DNA of 64,000 nucleotides from Malacoraja senta (lineage: Eukaryota): the NCBI GenBank assembly GCA_038087875.1, contig CM075997.1, forward strand, positions 2,482,001 to 2,546,000, given 5' to 3'. A program made the translations under genes and the position numbers. Positions 13,142-23,530 of the stretch are shown in pieces (within the stretch, counting starts at the first letter, position 1; every line of letters starts with the position of its first letter). The notes beneath the pieces are model-generated. The model was not told where the DNA came from, made no database searches, and worked only from the letters and a program-made list of their open reading frames with translations.

Positions 13142-13512
13142 TGACCTCCCGGTGGCTCAGCACTTCAACTCCCCCTCCCATTCCGTATCTGACCTCTCTA
13201 TCCTGGGTCTCCTCCATGGCCACAGCGAGCAACACCGTAAATTGGAGGAAATGCAGTCTACATCCTGGGGGCTTGAACATTGAATTCTCCCAATTCTGCT
13301 AGCCCTTGCTGTCCCCTCCCCTTCATCAGCCCTCTGGTTGTCTCCTCCCCTCCCCCAGCCCTCGGGCTCCTCCTCCGCCTTTTTCCTTTTTTCCTTTCTT
13401 CTCCCCACCCCCTATCAGTCTGAAGAAGGGTTTCGGCCCGAAACGTTGCCTATTTCCTTCGCTCCATAGATGCTGCTGCACCCGCTGAGTTTCTCCAGCA
13501 TTTTTGTGTACC
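13142..13512 (+). mobile_element. Penelope-like element 3' end (GIY-YIG C-terminus plus pseudo-LTR with hammerhead-like core)
   Basis: DLPVAQHFNSPSHS.SDLSILGL...RKLEE...PGGLNIEF*, followed by CTGAAGAAGGGTTTCGGCCCGAAACGTT at 13420. Confidence 0.85.
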
Positions 13513-13576
13513 ATAGTATTTTTCCTGGTGGGTGGAGTGTCCGGGGGTGGGGGGGTGGGGGGGGGGTGATTGGCAG

Positions 13577-13946
13577 TCACCGAGGTACAGTGTTGAGTAG
13601 TGTAACAGCCGCAGGGGAGAAGCTGTTCCTGGACCTGCTGGTCCGGCAACGGAGAGACCTGTTGCGCCTCCCGGATGGTAGGAGGGTAAACAGTCTGTGG
13701 ATGGGGTGAGAGCAGTCCTTGGCGATGCTGAGCGCCCTTCGCAGACAACGCTTGCTTTGGACAGACTCAATGGAGGGGAGTGAGGAACCGGTGATGCGTT
13801 GGGCAATTTTCACCACCCTCTGCAGTGCTTTCCGGTCGGAGACAGAGCAGTTGCCATACCATACTGTGATACAGTCGGTAAGGATGCTCTCGATGGTGCA
13901 GCGGTAGAAGTTCACCAGAATCTGAGGAGACAGATGGACCTTCTTT
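13577..13946 (-). mobile_element. Rex1/Babar-type LINE 3' fragment
   Basis: FYRCTIESILTDCITVWYG...LLPSGRR..SL...TSR..NSF.P.A. Confidence 0.85.
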
Positions 13947-14278
13947 GCCAGACTCATTTGCCCGCTTTTGGCCAATATCCCCCCCAAACCTTTCCTGTGC
14001 ATGTACAGGTCCAACTCAGCAGGTCTGGCAGCATTTCTGAGAGAACATGAATAGGTGACGTTTCGGGTCGGGATCCTTCATCGGACTGAAGAAGGGTCCC
14101 AACACAAAAATGACACTTCCAGAGAAATTGCCTGACCCGCTAAGTTACTCCAGTACTTGGTGTCTTTTTTGTTGTTGTAAATCAACAGCTGCAGTTCCTT
14201 GTGTCTCCAAAAGACAAAAACAAACAAAACTAGTTCCGATACAGACGGAAAGAGTAAGCAAGCAAAGTTAGAGAATTT

Positions 14279-14773
14279 GGACCACATCACACCGATTCTG
14301 TCCCCTCTCCACTGGCTCCCTGTGCGGTTCCGAATAAATTTCAAGATCCTTCTTTATGTCTACAAAGCCCTTAACGGGCTTACCCCCACCTACATCAAAA
14401 GTCTGCTTACCCACCACACCACCTCCAGGTCCCTCAGATCGGCCGACCTGGGGTCACTGAATATCCCGCGGTTTAGGCATAAGCTCAGGGCGACCGCGCC
14501 TTTGCGGTTGCAGCACCTAGACTGTGGAACAGCATCCCTCTTCCCATCAGAACTGCCCCCTCCATCGACTCTTAAGTCGAGACTTAAAACTCAACTTTAC
14601 TCTCAAGGCTTTCTTGACGTCCTCTGAGGGAGGGCTATATGTGTGTATTTATGTATGTACTTAATCTATGAACCACTGTTGTATAACGTTAGTACCTCCA
14701 CCAATGTAAAGCACTTTGGTCAACGAGAGTTGTTTTTAAATGTGCTATAGAAATAAAAGTGACTTGACTTGAC
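14279..14773 (+). mobile_element. L2-clade LINE 3' fragment (same tail on minus strand at ~5762-5940)
   Basis: DHITPILSPLHWLPVRFRINFKILL.VYKAL. Confidence 0.88.
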
Positions 14774-14786
14774 TCGGTATTGAGTG

Positions 14787-15262
14787 CAGATGGCTAAACT
14801 GTGCCCAGATGGAAGATGAGGTGTTGTTTTTCAAGCTTGCGTTGGACCTTGGTGTAACAGTGCAGAAGATCACAAATAGAAAGGTTAGAGTGTGAGTGGG
14901 ATTGCGAATTAAAGTGCCAGACAACCGGAAGCTCAGGGTCACTCCTCTAGACAATTACCAAAGTAATAACCCAATCTGCATTTGGTTTCTCCAATGTAGA
15001 GGTGACCAGGGCAGTACACTCAGTTGGAAGAAGTGCAAGTGAATCGTTGCCTCCAACTGGAAACAAAACTGTGTTTCTGGATGGTGTGAAGGGAGAAATA
15101 TGAAAGAACATGTTGCATTCCTACTATTAAATGGGGATATGTTGTAAGATGGGGAGTGGTAGGTGGGGAGGGAAGAGTGGATCTGCAAGGTGCAAAGGGA
15201 GTGATCCCTTCAAAATGTTGAACGGCGAGAGGAAGGGAATATTTGTCTGATGGTGGAATATG
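14787..15262 (-). mobile_element. Degraded Penelope-like GIY-YIG fragment
   Basis: RQRFTCTSSN and YIGET-like remnants. Confidence 0.65.
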
Positions 15263-15277
15263 GCTATATGTAGAAAT

Positions 15278-15562
15278 ATAGACAATAGGTGCAGGAGTAG
15301 GACATTTGGCCCTTTGAGCCAGTACTGCCATTCAATATGATCATGGCTGATCATCCAGAATCAGTACCCCATTTCTGCTTTCTCCCCATATCCCTCGATT
15401 CCGTTAGCCCTACGAGCTATATCTAACTCTCATGAAAACATCCAGTGAATTGGCCTCCACTGCCTTCTGTGGCAGAGAATTCCACAGATTCACAACTCAC
15501 TGGGTGAAAACGTTTTTCCTCATCTCAGTCCTAAATGGCTGACCCCTTATTCTTAAACTGTA
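15278..15562 (-). mobile_element. CR1/HER1-like LINE 3' end
   Basis: Reverse complement of the same 3' sequence. Confidence 0.8.
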
Positions 15563-15584
15563 AATAATTACCCCTTATTCTTAC

Positions 15585-16289
15585 ACCGTTTATATCAACG
15601 GGTCGATGGTGGAAAGGGTCAAGAAGTACAAATTCCTGGGCGTGCATATTTCCGAAGATCTCTCCTGGTCCCAGAATACTGATGCAATCATAAAGAAAGC
15701 ACATCAGCGCCTCTACTTCCTGAGAAGATTACGGAGAATCGGTTTGTCAAGGAGGACCCTCTCGAACTTCTACAGGTGCACAGTAGAGAGCATGCTGACT
15801 GGTTGCATCGTGGCTTGGTTCGGCATCCTGAGCGTCCAGGAGCGGAAAATATTGCAAAAAGTAGTAAACACTGCCCAGTCCATCATCGGCTCTGACCTCC
15901 CCACCATCGAGGGGATCTATCGCAGGCCCTGCCTCAAAAAGGCTGGCAGCATCATCAAGGACCCACACCATCCTGGCCACACACTCATCTCTCCGCTGCC
16001 ATCAGGTAGAAGGTACAGGAGCCTGAAATCTGCAACATCCAGGTTCAGGAACAGCTACTTCCCCACAGTCATCAGGCTATTAAACTCAACTTCAAACAAA
16101 CTATGAACTATAACAGCCTATTGCACTTTATCTGTTTATTTATGTGTGTATATATATATTCTATGGTATATGGTCACACTGATCTGATCTGTACTTATGC
16201 CTACAATATTCTGTCGTGCTGCAGCAAAGCAAGAATTTCATTGTCCTATCTGGGACACATGACAATAAACTCTATTGACTTGACTTGAC
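15585..16289 (+). mobile_element. Rex1/Babar-type LINE 3' fragment
   Basis: VERVKKYKFLGVHISEDLSW...KKAHQRLYFLRRL, (GACTT)n tail. Confidence 0.88.
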
Positions 16290-16339
16290 CCCTGGTTCTG
16301 GACTCCCCAACATCGGGAACGTAGATAACTTCCCCTCTG

Positions 16340-17160
16340 CCTTAGTGGACTGAGCAAGAGCTAGAATTACCCTGGCTCCCATCTTCTACCCCATAAACCT
16401 CTGCATTCAACGGATCTTCCTTCTGCCGCTTATGTTCCTCCCCTCTCCTTTCAGCATTTCCATGGGATTGCACCTTTTACGACTCACATGGTCTATCCAG
16501 GTGAGGCCAGTTTACCTGTACCTCTCCCGACCTGATCTACTGCATTTGGTGCGTGCTGTGGCCTCCTCTACATTGGTGAAACCAAGAGTAGACTTGGTGA
16601 CCATATTAGAGTTTAAGAGATGCAGCATGGAAACAGTCCCTTCAGCCCGCTGACCATCGAACACCCGTTCACACTGGTTCTATGTTATCCCACTTTCTCA
16701 TCCATTCCCTACACACAATTGTCAATGTTATCAACTTAACATTGGCCAATTAACCCACAAACCTGCACATCTTTGGGATGTGGAAGGAAACCGGAGCACC
16801 CGGAGGAAACCCACAGGGTCTTAGGGAGAGTGAGCAAACTCCACACAGATGGCATCCGAGGTCAGGATCGAACCGGGGACTCTGGCGCTGTGAGGCAGCA
16901 GCTCTACCAGCTGTGCCACTGTGCCGCCCTTATGCAGAGCACCTGCACTCAGTCCGCAATAGTCATCTCAAACTTCTCTTTCCATGTGATTTTAATTCTC
17001 CTTCTCACTTCCACGCCGACCTCTCTGTCCTTGGCCTTTTCTGTTGAGGCCAAACACAAATAGGAAGAACATCCCATATTTTGCTTGGGTAGCCTACAGC
17101 TCAGTGGCATGAATATTGATTTCTCCAATTTCAGATAACGCAAATCTCCTTCCCACATAC
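16340..17160 (+). mobile_element. Degraded Penelope-like GIY-YIG fragment split by a SINE
   Basis: FTCTSPDLIYCI..CGLLYIGETKSRLGDH / HFNSPSH...GMNIDFSNF. Confidence 0.75.
16608..16929 (-). mobile_element. HE1-like V-SINE
   Basis: Same consensus; nested in a Penelope fragment. Confidence 0.82.
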
Positions 17161-17285
17161 ACTCGCCTGTCTACCCAGTATGCTCTCTTTGTTCATCCAC
17201 CCTACACCTCCCCCTCTCTGATCCCATCTGCCTTTCATCCCCTCCCCCTGTATTCCACCTAACACCTATCAGCCACTATCCTATG

Positions 17286-17703
17286 CAAAGATCCTATAGC
17301 AAGCAAGATAGTCTACTCGACGAAAGTAGACTACTCGACGAAAAAGACGTAGTACGGTCATGGGCAGATTCATGGGTAATTTTTGGCCCCATTTCCGTAA
17401 CCGGCTTCCATCTCCACACCAAAGATGCTAAATGCAAAGATACTAGTGCGGAAACGGAAGCCGGTTACGGAAACATCCTCATAAAAATAAAAGTTCTTTG
17501 GTAAAAATCTTCTCCTCATTTTCAGAATTATAATTTATTAACACAAACTGTTCCCCCGCAACGTTGATTACACTGCGAGTCGGGTCGGGTCGGGTTACTG
17601 AAATGGATGAAAAAAAGTCCCACGTTCCGCTCCGTTGCGTACTACACGTCAGCCCATTGCATTTAGCAGGAGTGGTCTATCTTCCTCCGCTATAGGATCT
17701 TTG
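17286..17703. mobile_element. hAT-like MITE
   Basis: TIR CAAAGATCCTATAGC, 8-bp TSD ATCCTATG. Confidence 0.9.
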
Positions 17704-18379
17704 ATCCTATGGACTCACATTCTTTCCTGAACTCTTACAGTACTGATTCAAGGTCTCAAACAGAAACATTTTGCCTCCACAGATGCTGCCTGACCTGCCG
17801 AGTTCCTCCAGCGTTCTGTTTCTTGTTCCAACATCGACAATGTCATTTGACTTCCTTTTGCTGCACTCCCATGGTTGTGCAGCGTTGTGCCTGTGCGTGC
17901 ATACATACATATTTCTCTGCTACAAGTGGCTATCGAGGCAGATGAAGAGCATAAGAAAAAGGACACAAAGTGCTGGAGTAATTCAGCAGGTCTGGCAGCA
18001 TCTTTAGCTTAGAGACTTTTAGTTTAGGAATACAGCGCGGAAACAGGCCCTTCAGCCCACTGAGTCTGCGCCGGCCAGCGATCCCCATACACTAACGCTA
18101 TCCTATGCACTAGGGACAATATGCAATCATTTACCAAAGCCAATTAACCCACAAACCTGTACGTCGTTGGAATGTCATAGAGATGTCACCCATCAATGTT
18201 CTCCAGAGATGCTGCCTGACCTGCTGAGTTACTCCGGCACTTTGTGGAGACTGAAGAAGGCTCTCAAGCCAAAACATCACCTATCCATGCTGTCCAGAGA
18301 TGCTGCCTGACCTGCCGTGTTACTCCAGCACTGTGTCATTTTGTGTATAAACCAGCATCTGCAAATCATTGCTTCTACA

Positions 18380-18568
18380 TTGACCTCCCCACCATCAAAG
18401 GGATCTATCGCAGTCGCTGCCTCAAAAAGGCTGCCAACATCATCAAAGACCCACACCATCCTGGCCACACACTCATCTCTCCGCTGCCATCGGGAAGAAG
18501 GTACAGGAGCCTGAAATCTGGAACATCCAGGTTCAGGAATAGCTACTTCCCCACAGCCATCAGGCTAT
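18380..18568 (+). mobile_element. Rex1-type LINE fragment that hosts the DIRS; resumes at ~23383-23657
   Basis: Matches 15892-16081; the remainder after the DIRS matches 16162-16285. Confidence 0.85.
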
Positions 18569-18803
18569 TTTACTTCGGAGTCATGTGAGTGACTACGTGA
18601 AGAAGACCCCGTCCAGCCGCACACGCGTCATATCGATCAGACGCATAGCGTTCATGACCGTGTGTGGAGGAGCAGGAGCTCCTCCAGGCGGTGAGTAAAA
18701 AGCAAAGTTAAAGTAAATGTCGGAAGGTAAGTGGTTTCACTTTCACTTACAGGGCGCTTTTCTTCCCGCTCAGACGTGTTGGTAGAGGTCCACACAAGTT
18801 ACA

Positions 18804-20250
18804 ATGGAAAAAGGGCGTAGGGTAAGGAGAGGCCAGGGACGCACCGCAGGTAAAACCCCAGATTCTAAGGGTAGCGGGGGTCAGTCAGAGGAGTCAGTGG
18901 CATCGAAGCCATTAACTCCCGTTGCGGTCGAATGTGCCGTTAAACCGCTGGCGGCAGGGCGCAAGGCAGGACAAAAGTCGGCCCGACCTGTAGACTCGGA
19001 TGAGTCAGACCCGGATGTATACCCTCCTGAAGCAGAAAATGTTATGGCTGCAAGGGTCGCTAGCTTAGAGCTCCTGATGGGAAAAATGATTTACAAAGAA
19101 CCCCCAGGTCGGTGTTGGCCAATGGAGGATATAGCACAGGGTGTGCCTTGGATGGGACAGGCACAAGGGTGGCCTACAGGAGAGCCATCAGAAATGCCTG
19201 TGCAAAGCTATTACAGTGGTTGGCCTACAGGAGAGCCAGTGCCAGAAATGCCCGCAAAAAGGCAATATATGTGCTGGCCTACTGGAGAGCCAGTACCAGA
19301 AATGTCTGAGCAAAGACAGTACAAACGTACATATGTGCCAGCACCGACAATTTCAAAAGAAAAAATTATGAAGCGTTGGCCTAGAGTTGAGCCAGCGCCA
19401 GCAGCACCTGGGACAGGGCTGCCTATCCGTGGGCCTACAAGAGAGCTTACGCAGGGGGAATCTGGCATAGACTTACCTGAAACAGGGGAGCCAGAAGTTA
19501 CCCAACCTGAAGAGGAACATCTAGATTCAGAGGATGATTTCTATGAGGATGAGAGCCCATTATCAGAGCTGAAAGTTCCTGGAATAGCACAAAAGTTTGC
19601 TGTTCCCAGCATAAAAGGGGAACCTTTGAGAGAGGAAATAGCAATGACTATAAATTATCTACCCTCCCATCAGCTCCAGGAAGTAACTATGGATGAGACT
19701 ATTAAACAGTATGAGCCCCAGCAAATTGTGACTTGCTAACAGTTCCAGCAGTGAATAACTTGATATGTTATTTGAGCATTGGTTTACGCTCACAAGAATT
19801 GAAATTACAACGAGTGCTGAAATTGCTGGGGTCAGGCATTACGGCGTTTGCCAGGGGATTGGATGATGATTTTATATCAGATTCACAACAAGATGCCTTA
19901 GCACTCATGTGTAGTGCGCACTTTGAAATAAATTGTATTCGTAAAAATGCAATAAGACCAAATATTCATCCTAAGTATGCAGGGCTCTGCAAACCATCCA
20001 ACATACAAATGCCTAATCTGCTGTTTGGAGAAAATCTAGCAAAGAAACTAAAGGACTTGAATGAAGAGTCAAAGACCATGAGTGGTATGATGATGAAACC
20101 ACCTATGCTGAGCAGAGCGGTGCGAAGGCAGTATCCCTACAGGCGGAATGCTGGTGCTGGAGAAGGAACAAGCCGATCATTCTCGTATACACGTTGGCGT
20201 GCTGCACCGGGGATACGTGGAGGTTCCAATATGCCTACCAGAAGGGGACA
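18804..20250 (+). pseudogene. DIRS gag-like ORF1, frameshifted near 19735
   Basis: ORFs 18804-19739 and 19733-20380 upstream of pol; ends with LLFGENL-type motif seen in DIRS ORF1. Confidence 0.7.
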
Positions 20251-20327
20251 ACAATTGCCGGTGGCAAACCCCGAGGTATGGGGGTCCTGGTCTGGTAAGA
20301 AATACAACAAATGTTTCACATTCACAA

Positions 20328-22197
20328 ATAGGGGGAAGGTTACGATTCTTCCTAAAAGAATGGCAGTTAATAACAAATGATTCATTTATTCTAAGTAGCA
20401 TTGTAGGATTCAAAATTGAGTTCTATCCACACTTGGATCCTCCAATTCAGCAAAATTCAAGCTGGTCACGGATTTTCTCAAAGGAAGAGAATAAGTTGAT
20501 CAAAGGAGAATTAGAAAATTTAAACAAAAAGGGAGTAATAGAGAAGTCAGTAGAACAACACCATCAATTTGTATCCAATATTTCCTAGAACAAAAAAGGA
20601 TGGTGGATGTAGAATCATTTTGGATCTGACAAATCTTAACCTTTATGTACAATATAAACATTTCAAAATGGAAACATTTACTAATGTCATTCAGCTGATC
20701 ACGAAAAAATTGCTATATGGCAAGCATAGATCTGCAAGTTGCATATTATTCTGTGGCAATGCATGGTAATAATCAAAGATATTTGAAATTTAGATGGATG
20801 AGTCAGTTATGGCAATTTAAAGCATTGCCCAATGGCCTGACTTCAGCACCAAGATTATTCACTAAATTACTCAAACCAATTTTAGCTCTGCTAAGAGCTG
20901 AGGGACATGTACTAATGGCCTATTTAGACGATATTCTGATTGTGGGGGACACTTTGGCTACTGCAAAATTGTCAGTATCTAGAGTCAAATACATTTTTGA
21001 AAAAATGGGTTTCATTATTCACCTACAACAATCTAAATTGTTACCAAGCAAGAAGATTGATTACCTAGGGTTCACAATTAACTCTGAACACATGGTAATC
21101 ACCTTGCCAAAAGAGAAAAGGCTGCAGTTAATTGAAGGTTGCACCAAACTCATAAACAAGGACACACCTTCAATTAGAGAAGCTTGCTGGGCAAATTAAT
21201 TGCTGGGTTTCCAGCTGTCAGGTTTGGACCATTGCATTATCAATGTTTGCAGAGGACTAAGGTACAAGCATTAAAAATGAATACAGGGCACTTTGACAGG
21301 CCCATGAAATTGACAATTGGATCCATTACAGAAATAGAATGGTGGATTAACAATGTCTCTAATGCTTCCAGAAAGGTTCTGGTAGAAACACCTTCCGTCA
21401 TTCTACAGACTGATGTAAGTGCTCTTGGATGGGGCGCAACTAACATGATTTCCAGCTGTGGAGGTAGGTGGAATGTGAATGAAGTACCTTTGCTGGAAAA
21501 TCAGGGGATCAATTACCTAGAGCTGTTAGGAGCATTTTATGGCCTTAAAGCTTATTGCACTAATATGGGAAATGTGCATGTTCAGGTACAGGTTGACAAT
21601 ACTACAGCTGTAGCATACATAAATCACATGGGTGGTATCAAATCAGAATCATGTGATAGATTGGCAAATGAAATTTGGACCTGGTGTATTGCCAGGAAAA
21701 TTTGACTGTCAGCAATATATTTACCAGGAAAATTTAACATAATTGCAGACAAAAGATCACGTAAATTTAATGATAATACAGAATGGATGTTAAATCAGGA
21801 AATATTTACACAAATTGTAACACAATTTGGAATGCCAGAGATTGATTTGTTTGCATCAAGACTAAACCACCAATTGCCTAAGTATGTGTCATGGGAACCT
21901 GATCCTGGTGCAGTAGCGGTGGATGCTTTCTCGCTACATTGGGGTGGTATGTTTCTGTATGCATTTCCACCATTTTGTTTAATCAACAGATGCATACAGA
22001 AAATTAAACAAGACTCAGCCTCAGGGATTTTGGTAGTACCAGATTGGCCTACACAGCTATGGTACCCACTGGTGTTAAAAATGATCACAAAAAACCTTAT
22101 GATTATTCCAAAGCAGATAAAACTGCTTGTACACCCTGTAACTGATGAACCACATCCTTTACATGATCGTATTGGTTTGTTGATTTGCACATTCTAA
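20328..22197 (+). pseudogene. DIRS RT / RNase H / methyltransferase-like region with frameshifts and a stop
   Basis: IGGRL..F...W start, RIILDL, LPNGLTSAPRLFTK, YLDD (20921-20932), TDVSALGWG, INYLEL, VDNTTAVAYINHMGG, IDLFAS...YAFPPF. Confidence 0.92.
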
Positions 22198-23137
22198 GAA
22201 GGCCATATCTTGGAAAAGGATTATCAGATCGTACGGTGGATGTTATGACAGCAGCCTGGAGGAATAGTACCCAGAAGCAGTACATTTCCTATATAAAGAA
22301 ATGGGAGGTGTTTTGTTCAGGAAAGAATATTGCATATAACACAGCAGAAATTTCAGATGTAATAGAGATTAGAGATTAGAGATTCCTTTATTTGTCATTC
22401 AGACCTTTCGGTCTGAACGAGTTTCTTTCAACACTATACTACGAATTAAAATTAAGTTATAGTGCAATCAATACTGCACGAAGTGCACTCTCTGCATATT
22501 TAAGCTGTGAATCAGAATGTAAAAGATGTACTGATGCTGCTGAGGGATTGGAATCCTATTGAAACTCTGTCATTAGCCAAAATCACCATGAAATTGGTTA
22601 TGCTCATGGCATTAGTTTCAGCTCAGAGAGTTCAAACATTACAGAAACTAAGAATTGACAGAATGAAAGTAGGGGCGAATGCCGTTACATTCTATGTCTA
22701 TGATTTACTGAAGCAAAGTAGACCTGGGTACACGGGATATAAGTTGGGGTTTTCAGCATATCCTACAGATCCACGGCTATGTGTAGTAACATATGTAAAA
22801 TGTTACATAGAAACAACAAGAATCTTAAGAGGCACAGAATTGGCATTTTTTATTAGTCATAAAAAGCCTCATAAGAAAGTGGCAACAGACAATTTCAAGA
22901 TGGTTGAAACAGGTGTTGATTTATTCAGGTATTGATACTGATAAATTTAAATCTCATTCCACCAGGGCGGCATCAACATCGGCAGCCAGGGATTCAGACG
23001 TTCCAATAGACCTTATCCTCGCGGCCGCAGGATGGGCAAGTGAACAGATGTTTCACAAGTATTACCATAAGGAGATTAAAGATCCCGGGGTGTTTGGTGA
23101 TGCCGTGCTGGATTCAGTATTAAATCCCCCATTATAA
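22190..23137 (+). pseudogene. DIRS tyrosine recombinase, disrupted
   Basis: STQKQY, LMALVSAQRVQTL, HSTRAAS, AAGW...F.KYY motifs; small insertion at ~22369-22417, frameshifts, probable internal deletion. Confidence 0.88.
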
Positions 23138-23397
23138 TAAATGGGCCTAATTTTGTTACTTTTGTTAAAATAAATAAAACCATTAACTGATTACATTTAA
23201 TGTTGTGGTTATGCATTGTTGATTGTGCTTACTCAAATAGAGTCAATCAGTGCAGTGAGCACCTGGATTTTAATCCACGGTGTGAAATCACAGAGCTTTG
23301 AAATCTTCACGTAGTCACTCACGTGACTCCGAAGTAAAATAGTAAGATTAAACGAGAACTTACCAGTTTGAAGTTTGATCTTTATGGTCTATAGACA

Positions 23398-23451
23398 GGG
23401 GTGGGAGATTGCAACCTTCACGTGGTCCGCCCTGTTTCGACGAATGCAATC
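23398..23451 (+). ncRNA. Predicted minimal HDV-like ribozyme (copy A)
   Basis: P1 GGGGTGG/CCGCCCT, P2 GATTGCA/TGCAATC, P3 ACC/GGT, L3 TTCACGT, J1/4 GT, TTCG mini-P4, J4/2 C-GAA. Confidence 0.82.
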
Positions 23452-23530
23452 AACCTGGTGTGCACAATCAAATAAGATCAAATAGAACAAGTTGCCCTAC
23501 AACTTTAGGCTGTGCACGCCAGAAGAAGAA
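23398..23530 (+). mobile_element. Ribozyme-headed short retroposon, copy A
   Basis: 11-bp TSD GTCTATAGACA (23387-23397 / 23531-23541), (GAA)n tail, three other copies in the window. Confidence 0.9.

Larger units (their letters stand above)
18565..23383 (+). mobile_element. DIRS1-type tyrosine-recombinase retrotransposon, decayed and probably truncated on the right
   Basis: Gag-like, RT, RNase H, methyltransferase-like and YR regions in DIRS order; 39-bp inverted repeat 18565-18603 / 23304-23342 with 1 mismatch. Confidence 0.92.

Noticed and set aside
18565..23383. Active DIRS element or domesticated gene
   Set aside because: Multiple frameshifts, an in-frame stop and an insertion in the recombinase.
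23430..23445. Pol III B-box reading of GTTTCGAC in the ribozyme element
   Set aside because: Does not fit GTTCRANNC and no tRNA-like fold is evident; the pseudoknot accounts for every base.
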